A stretch of 64,000 nucleotides of DNA. It comes from an uncultured Solirubrobacterales bacterium (GTDB taxonomy: Bacteria > Actinomycetota > Thermoleophilia > Solirubrobacterales > 70-9). Position numbers and translations under genes: made by a program. The notes beneath the pieces were generated by a model. That model made no database searches. It saw only the letters and a list, made by a program, of their open reading frames with translations, and had not been told where the DNA came from. Location of the stretch: assembly GCA_963796705.1 (NCBI GenBank), contig CAWCMK010000007.1, positions 6,641 to 70,640 of the forward strand, given 5' to 3'. Of the stretch, positions 25,372-34,843 are shown piece by piece. Position 1 is the first letter of the stretch. Every line of letters starts with the position of its first letter.

Positions 25372-26688
25372 ATGGCGCCAGAAGCAACCGGAGATAGAGC
25401 CATCCAAGGAAGATCTCGGGCTGAGCCGGCCAGCCTGGGTCGCACCGTCACCGAACGGCGCCAGCGGTCCAGGTTGGAAGCAGCGATGGTCAGGTCGGTG
25501 GCTCAGCACGGTTACGCGGAAACGACGGTGGCCGAGCTGGTCCGGGTCGCCGCCGTGTCGAAGTCAACGTTCTACGCGCACTTTCGCGACAAGGAAGACT
25601 GCTTTTTCGTCACCCTCGACACGATCGTCGACGAAGTCAGCGCCAGGGTTGGAGTTGCCTTCCGCTCCCAGACCGGCCTCGAGCGGAGCCTCGCCGCGGC
25701 GCTCTCCAACTTCGCCGACTTCCTGGTCGGCGAAGCCGACGCAGCTTCGCTGGTCGTCGTCCACTCGCTCAGTCTGGGCGCGGCCGCGGTCCCCCATATC
25801 GAGCGCGCCGGCGAGGCCTTCGAACGAACGCTCCGCCAGAGCCTCGCCGAAGAGCCGATCGAGACCGGCCGGCCCTCGGAGCTCGCCGTTCGTGCGATCG
25901 TCGGCGGGATTCGCACGGTGATCTACCGGTGCCTTCGCGATCGACGCCCCGAGCAATTCATCGACTGGCTGGAGCCGCTGCTGAGCTGGGCCCTCTCCTA
26001 CGTCTCCGAGAGGGCCGGGACATACCCGATCGCGCAGCGGCCGCTGCCGGCGGAGGCGCTGGCCAACCCGGACCCCGACTACATCCCCTGGGATGAGCCG
26101 GCCGACAGCCCGCTGAGCCGCGAACGGCTGACCCAGCGCCAGCGGATACTCCGCGCCACCGCCCAGGAGGCGTCCCGTGTCGGCTATCCAAGCCTGACGA
26201 TCCCCACGATCTCGGCCGCTGCCGGAACCTCCAATCAGACCTTCTATGAGCACTTCGAGAGCAAGGAGCAGGCCTTCATCTTCGCCTTCGAGAAAGTGGC
26301 CAAACGAGCGATGGCCGCGGTATTTGCAGCGGCGCTGACCGAGAAGGATTGGCGGGCGGTCGTTGAAGCGGGCCTCCGCGGCTTTCTCGAGTATCTGGCC
26401 CATGAACCGCTCTTCGCCCGGCTCGCGTTCTTCGAGCTGCCAGCCGCCGGCGCCGCGGCCCTTAGTCACGGTGATTCCACCGTGCAGATGTTCACCTCCT
26501 TTCTCGCCCCCGAGGCGCTGCCGCCGGGCGTCCCGACCCTGCCGGCGGTTGAGGTCGAGGTGATCGGCGGCGCCATCTGGTGGACGATCCAGTGCGAGAT
26601 CGCGGCCGGAAACATTGAGAAGCTGCCGGATATGGCGGCCGCCATCTGCGACATCCTCTTCGTGCCCCTCTTGGCGCGCCAGGCGTGA
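25372..26688 (+). CDS. Single-chain double TetR-family regulator, paralogue of 23911..25308
   Basis: First HTH: GYAETTVAELVRVAAVSKSTFYAHFRDKEDCF. Second HTH: GYPSLTIPTISAAAGTSNQTFYEHFESKEQAF. It is colinear with the upstream paralogue throughout. Confidence 0.85.
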   Translation: MAPEATGDRAIQGRSRAEPASLGRTVTERRQRSRLEAAMVRSVAQHGYAETTVAELVRVAAVSKSTFYAHFRDKEDCFFVTLDTIVDEVSARVGVAFRSQTGLERSLAAALSNFADFLVGEADAASLVVVHSLSLGAAAVPHIERAGEAFERTLRQSLAEEPIETGRPSELAVRAIVGGIRTVIYRCLRDRRPEQFIDWLEPLLSWALSYVSERAGTYPIAQRPLPAEALANPDPDYIPWDEPADSPLSRERLTQRQRILRATAQEASRVGYPSLTIPTISAAAGTSNQTFYEHFESKEQAFIFAFEKVAKRAMAAVFAAALTEKDWRAVVEAGLRGFLEYLAHEPLFARLAFFELPAAGAAALSHGDSTVQMFTSFLAPEALPPGVPTLPAVEVEVIGGAIWWTIQCEIAAGNIEKLPDMAAAICDILFVPLLARQA

Positions 26689-27350
26689 TCAGCCGGCGAT
26701 TCGCCTGGCCTCGGCGGATCCCAGATAGGGGCTCAGCAGGATTTCGACGAGCTCTCGCTCGAGCCTCCCGACGGGCAGCGGCAGCTCGGCGAGCAGTGTC
26801 CCCCTGACCACATATGCGGCTCCCCCGACCAGCAGTGTCTCGGTCAGGGCCGGCAACCCTGCCGCCTCGGGGTTGCGCTCGCGCCCCTCGCGCAGCATCG
26901 GCACACCCGCTCCATCTCCGCGGCCTGCCGCTCGAGGATCACGGGGCCCGCGGCCAGCGCCTCGATTACGAAAAAGCGCGCCCGACTGGCGGTTTCTTCG
27001 ATGAACTCGAGGATCGCGGCGACCCCGACCCTGACACGCCTCGGCCAGTCATCGAGGGGGTCGATCGCGCCTGCCGCTTCACTCATCAGCCGCTCGAAGA
27101 AGGCGTCGTGGGCGGCGCTCAGACATTGGCCAGTGCTCTCGAAGTGCGCGTGGAAGACGGCCTCGGAGACGCCCGCGGCCGCGACGACGTCCCCGACGGT
27201 CGTCTCCGAGTAGCCACGTTCAGACGCGACCTTCGTGAAGGCATTGATGAGGCGCTCGCGCTGAGCCTGCGATTCGGGGCTCCCAGACCCGTTCTCGCCG
27301 ACCTCCCGCTCGCGACCGCCCGACTCGCGGCGTCGAGGGTCCCCTGTCAC
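26689..27350 (-). pseudogene. TetR-family regulator disrupted by a frameshift (ORF-track pieces 26844..27350 and 26689..26904)
   Basis: The N-terminal piece carries the HTH (GYSETTVGDVVAAAGVSEAVFHAHFESTGQCL). The C-terminal piece (PMLREGRERNPEAAGLP...LSPYLGSAEARRIAG) is in another frame, yet it aligns with the C-terminus of the paralogue at 27426..28067 (...AAGLPDALEQ...LSPYIGTEEARLAASA). The frames switch at GTGTG (26902-26906). Confidence 0.7.
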
Positions 27351-27358
27351 GGCGCGGC

Positions 27359-27388
27359 AGCTTACGCAGGCTTCACCGAAAATGTCAA
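27359..27388 (-). promoter_or_regulatory. Predicted promoter of the frameshifted TetR gene (near-leaderless)
   Basis: On the minus strand: TTGACA (27388-27383), 18-nt spacer, TAAGCT (27364-27359), then 8 nt before GTG 27350. Confidence 0.5.
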
Positions 27389-27397
27389 GAGCGGTAC
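27383..27397 (+). promoter_or_regulatory. Motif site 3: TGTCAAGAGCGGTAC
   Basis: Exact match to TGTCAAG-N4-GTAC. It overlaps the -35 of the promoter above. Confidence 0.5.
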
Positions 27398-27425
27398 ATC
27401 AAATCGATCGGCGATCGACGGTAAC

Positions 27426-28067
27426 TCAGGCGCTCGCGGCCAGCCGCGCCTCCTCGGTGCCGATGTAGGGGGAGAGAACCATCTCGATCGCTTCCGGTTC
27501 AACCTCGGCGAGCATCTCGCCCTCGTCGCCGAGCAGGTGACCACAGACGATCACCACGACTCCGGCGATCAGGACCTGCTCGAGGGCATCGGGGAGGCCG
27601 GCCGCGGGCGGGTAGAGCAGGCGCCCCTGCTTGAGCTGCGAAGCGGCGCGCTCGATGGAGGCGTAGCGGCGCTCAATTCCGGCCGGACCGACGCGCACCG
27701 CGTCGATCGCGAAGAGTCGCGCCACCGGCTCGACCTCGGCGATGAACTCAAAGACGGCGCGAATCGATGCCCTAACCCTCATCGACCAGTCCTCGATGTC
27801 CTCGCAGGCTTCGGCGACGTGTTCGAGCATCCGCTCCAAGAAGCGGTCGAACGCCGCCAGAAGGCACTGCTCGACGTTCTCGAAGTGAAGATCGAAGTCC
27901 TCCGTCGAGAGCCCTGCGGACCGCGCCACGGTCTCGCGATCAACGCCCCGCAGGCCACGCTCTGTGGCGATCCTGGTGGCAGACTCGATGAAACGCTCGC
28001 GCACCTCCGCCGGCGCCCACTCGGCCGTCGCCTGGGCTGAAACGCCTCCCACCATCAGATCCGGCAT
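27426..28067 (-). CDS. TetR-family transcriptional regulator (single unit)
   Basis: 213 aa with HTH region RERFIESATRIATERGLRGVDRETVARSAGLSTEDFDLHFENVEQCL. Paralogous to the frameshifted neighbour. Confidence 0.8.
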   Translation of the reverse strand: MPDLMVGGVSAQATAEWAPAEVRERFIESATRIATERGLRGVDRETVARSAGLSTEDFDLHFENVEQCLLAAFDRFLERMLEHVAEACEDIEDWSMRVRASIRAVFEFIAEVEPVARLFAIDAVRVGPAGIERRYASIERAASQLKQGRLLYPPAAGLPDALEQVLIAGVVVIVCGHLLGDEGEMLAEVEPEAIEMVLSPYIGTEEARLAASA

Positions 28068-28073
28068 GGGTCA

Positions 28074-28102
28074 ACAATGACCGGTACACATTCTCCTGTC
28101 AA
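28074..28102 (-). promoter_or_regulatory. Predicted promoter of TetR 27426..28067 (leaderless mRNA predicted)
   Basis: On the minus strand: TTGACA (28102-28097), 17-nt spacer, CATTGT (28079-28074), then 6 nt before ATG 28067. Confidence 0.45.
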
Positions 28103-28111
28103 GGAAAGTAC
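28097..28111 (+). promoter_or_regulatory. Motif site 4: TGTCAAGGAAAGTAC
   Basis: Exact match to TGTCAAG-N4-GTAC, in the divergent region between the TetR gene and fumC. Confidence 0.5.
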
Positions 28112-28177
28112 TCGCTTCTGATCCGAGCGGATGCCGGCTCCAATACGCTCTTCGCACCCGACGATGGAGGCAGGACT

Positions 28178-29491
<1,314 letters not shown>

Positions 29492-29540
29492 GCTGCTCCT
29501 GTGGGCCCCGGCACCCCGACGCCGACAGGAGGCGGGATCC

Positions 29541-30986
29541 TCAGCCCTGCAGGGTGATGAAGCGCTCCTCGGTCAGCTCGAGCACCGCGAAGGCGGGGCC
29601 CTCACGCGTGTTGCCGGAATCCTTGACACCGCCGTAGGGCTGCTGATCGGCGCGGAATGTCGGCACCTCGTTGATCAGCACGCCGCCGAACTCGAGATCG
29701 CGCCCCGCCGCGAGCCCGCGCCCGATGTCGCGGGTGAAGACGCCGGCCTGAAGGCCGAACTTGGAGTCGTTGGCGAGACGCAGGGCCTCCTCGAAATCGG
29801 AGTAGCGGTCGATCGTCGCAACCGGTCCAAAGATCTCCTCGCACCAGACCTTCGCCTTCCGCGGCGGCGACCCGAGCAGGGTCGGCGCCAGGCAGCGGCC
29901 CTCGTCGACGAGCTCGCCGCCGGTGAGAAGCTCCGCTCCTTCCCCGACCGCCTCCTCCACCCACCGCTTGACGCGATCGCGGTCGCCGGGGGTGATCAGC
30001 GGCCCGACGTCGGTCTCATCATCGAAGGGATTGCCGACCCTGAGCGACTCGACGTTGGCTACCAGCCTCGCGATGAACTCCTCGGCGATCTCCTCGTGGA
30101 CGAGGATTCGTTGGATCGAGATGCAGCTCTGTCCCGCGTGGGAGAAGGCGTGGATCTGGGCCTTGTCGGCGGCGGTCTCCCAGTCGCCGTCGGAGTGGAC
30201 AATCAGCGGCGCGTTTGAGCCCAGCTCAAGGCTGACCTTCTTGTGGGGGACGCGACTGCGGATCTCCCAGCCGACCTTTGCCGAACCGGTGAAGGTGAGC
30301 GCCGCGGTCAGCTGGTGCTCGACGATCGCCCCCCCGACCTCGGCGCCGGGACCCGGAATGACGTTCAGCCAGCCCTCGGGCAGCCCCGCCTCGACCAGGA
30401 TTTCGGCCAGCTTCAGGGCGCAGATCGGCGTCTGACCGGCGGGCTTCAGGACGATCGCATTGCCCGCCGCGATCGCCGGCCCGAGCTTGTGGGCGACCAG
30501 GTTGAGCGGAAAGTTGAAGGGGCTGATCGCGCCGAGGACCCCGTAGGGCACGCGCAGCATCACGCCGAGCTTGCCCGCTCCGGCCGGCGAGGCGTCCATC
30601 GGAACGGTGCCCCCGGTCAGCTTGCGCGCCTCGACGGCCGAGAAGGTCAGGGTCTCGACACAGCGCTGGGCCTCGACCCGCGCGGTCTTGATCGGCTTGC
30701 CCGCCTCGGCCGAGATCGCCAGAGCCAACTCCTCGACCCGCGCCGCGACCAGCTCGGCAGCCCGTTCCAGGGTCGCGGCCCGCTCATGCTGGGGAAAGTC
30801 CGCCGTCTCAAATGCCCGCCGCGCGGCCCGCGCGGCACGGTCAACGACTTGCGCATCCCCCAGGGCCACCCGGCCGACGGGGCTGCCGTCATAGGGGCTC
30901 TCGACCTCGTCCCACTCGCCGGTCTCGAGCCACTCGCCGGCGACCAGAAGCCGGTGATCGGTCGCCTCGAGTGTCTGCGTCGCCAT
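29541..30986 (-). CDS. NAD(P)-dependent aldehyde dehydrogenase
   Basis: ALDH family features (FTGSAKVGWEI, VSLELGSNAPLIV, catalytic-Cys region HAGQSCISIQR). Start taken at ATG 30986 (MATQTLEATDHRLLVAGEW). Confidence 0.85.
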   Translation of the reverse strand: MATQTLEATDHRLLVAGEWLETGEWDEVESPYDGSPVGRVALGDAQVVDRAARAARRAFETADFPQHERAATLERAAELVAARVEELALAISAEAGKPIKTARVEAQRCVETLTFSAVEARKLTGGTVPMDASPAGAGKLGVMLRVPYGVLGAISPFNFPLNLVAHKLGPAIAAGNAIVLKPAGQTPICALKLAEILVEAGLPEGWLNVIPGPGAEVGGAIVEHQLTAALTFTGSAKVGWEIRSRVPHKKVSLELGSNAPLIVHSDGDWETAADKAQIHAFSHAGQSCISIQRILVHEEIAEEFIARLVANVESLRVGNPFDDETDVGPLITPGDRDRVKRWVEEAVGEGAELLTGGELVDEGRCLAPTLLGSPPRKAKVWCEEIFGPVATIDRYSDFEEALRLANDSKFGLQAGVFTRDIGRGLAAGRDLEFGGVLINEVPTFRADQQPYGGVKDSGNTREGPAFAVLELTEERFITLQG

Positions 30987-31086
30987 TGCACGGACCTCCG
31001 TTTCGGTCGCATTCTCCAACCGGTTCCTGGGACTCAGACTAGTGCAGGCGGCGAGCGGCCCACCCCGGCACTCCGTGGGTCGCCGC

Positions 31087-32079
31087 TCAGCCGTCCGGAT
31101 AGGGCTGAATCGGGATGCCGTGATCGGTCTCGCGCATCCCGCACTCATAGGCGGCGCCCGCCGCGAGCCTCAGCGTGCGCGCGGCCCGCCCCGGGCGGTC
31201 GATGCTCAGCTCGAGGTCGGCGACCGAGCAGTTGACGGTGTTGTGCTCGGGCCCCTCGGGGTCCGCGTAGACCCAACCGACGAAATCCTTTTGGGGAGCG
31301 GAGACGCGGCCCCGGACGACTATCTCGCGGCCCGGCAGGACAAAGGAGCATTCGGCCGGGGCCTCCTCGATCACCGTGGAGCGAATCCCGCCCAAGCCAC
31401 CGAGCCGATGTGCCTCGCCCTCGAGAACCAGCATTCCCGAGGGGATCCAGGGGGTGGTGCGGCGGCCGAACCTGACCCGTGCGGCGCCGGCGTCGAAGTA
31501 GGAGCCGGGGGCGTCCTCAAAGCCGGTGCCCTCGAGCCAGACCCAGCGCTCGGCGTGCTCGCTGCCCCAGTTGTGGCCGATCATCCCCGGCCAGCCGGCG
31601 AGCTCGATCGGCTCGGCGCCGGCGATCTCAAGATGGCCCTCAAAGCGCGCGTCCGGGTAGGGCGCGACGAACTTCGTGCGCGGCACGGGCGCCTCATAGA
31701 GCCAGTCCGCCGGCAGGTATTTGCAGGGGCGGGCGTCGCCCCTGAAGCGCAGATCCCAGGAGGCCTCAAGGGCATCGGTGCTGAGCCCACCCGCCGCCCG
31801 GCCGGGTCCGATCTCCGCCTCTGAAACACGAATCCAACCGCGATCTGGAACCGAGATCCCCGAGGCCGCAACGGTGAGCTTGCTCGCCCGCGGCCCGGGT
31901 GCGTCGCGGTCAAAGAGGACGAACCAGAGCGAACCCGTGGGCTCGGCCCGCGGGCGCTTGTGGACCGTATGGCGGATCCACAGACCCCGCCCGCCGGCGG
32001 GCTCGCAGGCCTTCAGGTAAAAGCTCTCGTAGTGGCCGGCTCTTGCCGAGACCTCCGAGAACCTGGCGCGTTCCTCCAC
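31087..32079 (-). CDS. Conserved hypothetical protein
   Basis: 330-aa ORF with coding-like composition and no motif I can name with confidence (GHNWGSEHAERWVWLEG). Confidence 0.55.
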   Translation of the reverse strand: MEERARFSEVSARAGHYESFYLKACEPAGGRGLWIRHTVHKRPRAEPTGSLWFVLFDRDAPGPRASKLTVAASGISVPDRGWIRVSEAEIGPGRAAGGLSTDALEASWDLRFRGDARPCKYLPADWLYEAPVPRTKFVAPYPDARFEGHLEIAGAEPIELAGWPGMIGHNWGSEHAERWVWLEGTGFEDAPGSYFDAGAARVRFGRRTTPWIPSGMLVLEGEAHRLGGLGGIRSTVIEEAPAECSFVLPGREIVVRGRVSAPQKDFVGWVYADPEGPEHNTVNCSVADLELSIDRPGRAARTLRLAAGAAYECGMRETDHGIPIQPYPDG

Positions 32080-32081
32080 GC

Positions 32082-33158
32082 CTAGACCCTAATCGTGATC
32101 ACATCGCCATCGGCGACAACGTAATCCCGGCCCTCCACTCGCAGGCGGCCGCGATCGCGGGCCGCGGCGTAGCCGCCGCACTCGATCAGCTCCCGCCAGG
32201 CGATCACCTCGGCCTTGACGAACGCCTCCTGGATCTCGGTGTGGATCGTGCCCGCCGCCTCCCAGGCGCTGGCTCCGCGGGGCAGGGGACGCGCGACAGC
32301 CTCCTTGTCCTCACCGGCGGTGAAGAAGGTGATCAGCTCGAGCAGGTCATAGGCGGCGCGCACCAACCGTGCCAGCCCCGACCCCTGGACTCCGTAGGAC
32401 TCGCGCATCTCCTCGGCTTCGGCGGCGTCGAGCTCGGCAAGCTCGCCCTCGATGCGAGCGCTGAGGGCGACGACGCCGGCGCCGACCGAGGCGGCATGGG
32501 CGCGAATCGCCGCCGGCGCCTCGGCGTCTCCCTCATCGACGTTGGCGACGTAGAGGACCGGCTTGCTGGTCAGCGCCTGCAGGTTGGCCGGCCCCTGCAC
32601 CGCGGCCTTGGGGACCGGCACCGAGCGCGCCGGCCTGCCGGCACCGAGCGCCTCGAGGACCTGCTCGAGCCAGTCGCGCTCGGCGAGCGCCGCGGCCTCC
32701 CCTGACTTCGCGCCCTTGCGGACCCGTTCAAGGCGGCGCTCGGCCTGCTCGTAATCGGCGAGGATCAACTCGGTCTCGATCGTCTCGATATCGGCCATCG
32801 GGTCAACCCGCCCGTCGGGATGGGGCACGCCGGTCTCCAGGCTGTGGCAGCGGACCACGTGGCAGATCGCGTCGGTCTCCCGAATCGAGGCGAGGAACCG
32901 GTTGCCCAGACCCTCCCCCTCCGAGGCCCCCCTCACCAGTCCGGCGATGTCGTGGAAGGAGATCGTCGCCGGAAGCGTCTCGGAGCTGTGCACGGTTGCC
33001 GCGACCTGCTCGAGGCGCTCGTCGGGGACCTGGGCGATCGCGACGTTCGGCTCGATCGTCGTGAACGGGTAATCGCCGGTCTGGGCGCCACCCTGGGTGA
33101 GGGCATTGAAGAGCGTTGACTTGCCCGCATTCGGGAGCCCCACGATGCCCACCTTCAC
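32082..33158 (-). CDS. ychF: Redox-regulated ATPase YchF (Obg-family GTPase-like)
   Basis: MKVGIVGLPNAGKSTLFNALT P-loop, PFTTIEPN, TGS-like C-terminus (FIRAEVI-type: FVKAEVIAW). 358 aa. Confidence 0.9.
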   Translation of the reverse strand: MKVGIVGLPNAGKSTLFNALTQGGAQTGDYPFTTIEPNVAIAQVPDERLEQVAATVHSSETLPATISFHDIAGLVRGASEGEGLGNRFLASIRETDAICHVVRCHSLETGVPHPDGRVDPMADIETIETELILADYEQAERRLERVRKGAKSGEAAALAERDWLEQVLEALGAGRPARSVPVPKAAVQGPANLQALTSKPVLYVANVDEGDAEAPAAIRAHAASVGAGVVALSARIEGELAELDAAEAEEMRESYGVQGSGLARLVRAAYDLLELITFFTAGEDKEAVARPLPRGASAWEAAGTIHTEIQEAFVKAEVIAWRELIECGGYAAARDRGRLRVEGRDYVVADGDVITIRV

Positions 33159-33247
33159 CGGCTCTGGCCCCAGTTCTCGGCTCCCGCCGAACCCAGAGGT
33201 CGCGCTCGGATGAGGGCTCTCAGCGATGCGGTGACCACGCCAGGTTC

Positions 33248-33769
33248 CTACAGCGAGAGCGGCACGAGGAGGCCGAGGATCACGCCGAGGATCACGCCTG
33301 CGGCGACGTCGGAGGGATAGTGCATTCCCAGATAGGGACGGCCCAGGGCGAGGGCCAGGGCGGGGATGAACGCCAGGGCGCCGAGCGGATCCACGCGGCT
33401 CATCGCGGTCGCCACCGCGAATGAGGAGGTCGCGTGGGCTGAGGGAAAGCTCAGCGAGCTCGGGGCGCCGCCCAGCGGCGGCAGACCATCAAGGACGGGG
33501 CGGGGCCGTTTGACGATCGCCTTGACCACATAGTTGAGGCCGATCGCCACGGGGCCCAGGGCTCCGCAGATCAGCCACGCTTCGCGTCGGGAGGAGTCGA
33601 GGAGCGCCAGCACGACCCCGATCGCGAGCCAGATCGCGCCGTTGTTGCCGGCCTTGCCGAGCAGCTTCGCGGCCCGCTCCAGGGCGGGCGTGTGCCAGCG
33701 GGTGCGCATCGTGCGCAGCAGGGCGAGGTCAGTCTCCACGGCGGCGCAGGATAATCGCGATCGTGCCAT
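33248..33769 (-). CDS. PAP2-family membrane phosphatase
   Basis: Motifs SFPSAHATSSFAVA and HYPSDVAAGVILG. The start is uncertain (ATG 33769 or 33709; the ORF track gives 33814). Any of the earlier starts overlaps the divergent gene. Confidence 0.7.
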   Translation of the reverse strand: MARSRLSCAAVETDLALLRTMRTRWHTPALERAAKLLGKAGNNGAIWLAIGVVLALLDSSRREAWLICGALGPVAIGLNYVVKAIVKRPRPVLDGLPPLGGAPSSLSFPSAHATSSFAVATAMSRVDPLGALAFIPALALALGRPYLGMHYPSDVAAGVILGVILGLLVPLSL

Positions 33770-34734
33770 CAGTCCCCGGCTACACCCACCACCCCGGCCA
33801 TCACTGCGGCTCAACCGCGCTCCGCAACCTGCTCGGCTTCCACGGCGTTCAGATCAGCGAGGAGCTCGCCTTCGGCCTCGGGGCCGGCCCCTGCTTTTAC
33901 TACGTGACCCTTCCCGAGGCCTCTCCGAGCCGCTGGTTCAACGGCCGCACCGCAAGGCTCGAGGAGAACTTTGGCGAGCTGACCGGGGCGGCGCTTGCGA
34001 TGCGCACCTTCGAGCCCGGTGAGGAGGATGCCTGGCAGGCGGCGCGCGAACAGATCGATGGCGGGACTCCGGTGCTCTTGCTCACCGATCTCTACTACCT
34101 GGACCACTACGGCAATTCAGCGCACTTCCCGGGCCACGCCGTCGTCCTCGCCGGCTATGACGAGGAGGTCGCACTGCTCTCCGATACCGGCTTTGAGGAG
34201 CTGCAGAGGACGCGTCTTGCAAACCTCGACCGCGCCCGCCACAGCGAGCATCCCGCCTACCCGTTGGCCGGCCACATGTTCAGCGTCACCGGGGAGATCG
34301 ACATTCGTTCGCTGCGGGAGGCGATCCCGGCCGCGATCGAGCGCGCCACCGGCGCGATGCTCGAACCGCAGTTCCGCGAATTCTCCGGGCTCGAGGCGGT
34401 CCGGCGCCTCTCCGAGGAGGCCGGCGCCTGGCCCGAGACGGCCGAGGACTGGCGCTGGTGTGCGCGCTTCGGCTACCAGGTGATCGAGCGTCGCGGCACC
34501 GGCGGCGGCGCCTTCCGCCTGATGTATTCGCGTTTCCTCGAAGAGGCCGAGCGTCCCGAGGCGCCGCTGGCCGCCGATGCCGCGGCACGCTGGACGGAGC
34601 TTGCCGCGAGCCTGCGTGCGGCGAGCGAGGCAGAGGAACCCGGGGTCCGCCTCTGGCGCGAGGTGGACGCCGCCGCCCAGCGCGTCTTCGCCGCCGAGGA
34701 GCGACTCTGGACGACATTGGCGGCAGCGAGCTAG
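33763..34734 (+). CDS. BtrH-N / DUF4872-like protein (papain-like fold family)
   Basis: N-terminal HHPGHHCGSTALRNLLGFHG is typical of the butirosin BtrH N-terminal domain family. 323 aa, GTG start. Confidence 0.6.
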   Translation: MPSVPGYTHHPGHHCGSTALRNLLGFHGVQISEELAFGLGAGPCFYYVTLPEASPSRWFNGRTARLEENFGELTGAALAMRTFEPGEEDAWQAAREQIDGGTPVLLLTDLYYLDHYGNSAHFPGHAVVLAGYDEEVALLSDTGFEELQRTRLANLDRARHSEHPAYPLAGHMFSVTGEIDIRSLREAIPAAIERATGAMLEPQFREFSGLEAVRRLSEEAGAWPETAEDWRWCARFGYQVIERRGTGGGAFRLMYSRFLEEAERPEAPLAADAAARWTELAASLRAASEAEEPGVRLWREVDAAAQRVFAAEERLWTTLAAAS

Positions 34735-34843
34735 GCAATCGGTGCATCGCGATTGGATCGGGATACGCTCGGCGGCGAGCGGCGGCCCGAACCGATTGCT
34801 CTGCGGCGGAGCCGTTCCTTCACTCCAACTGAGGGAATGATGT

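Noticed and set aside
33763-33814. Apparent overlap of the divergent starts of the PAP2 gene and the BtrH-like gene.
   Set aside because: It is most likely an artefact of the longest-ORF start for the PAP2 gene. Internal starts at 33769 or 33709 remove most or all of the overlap.
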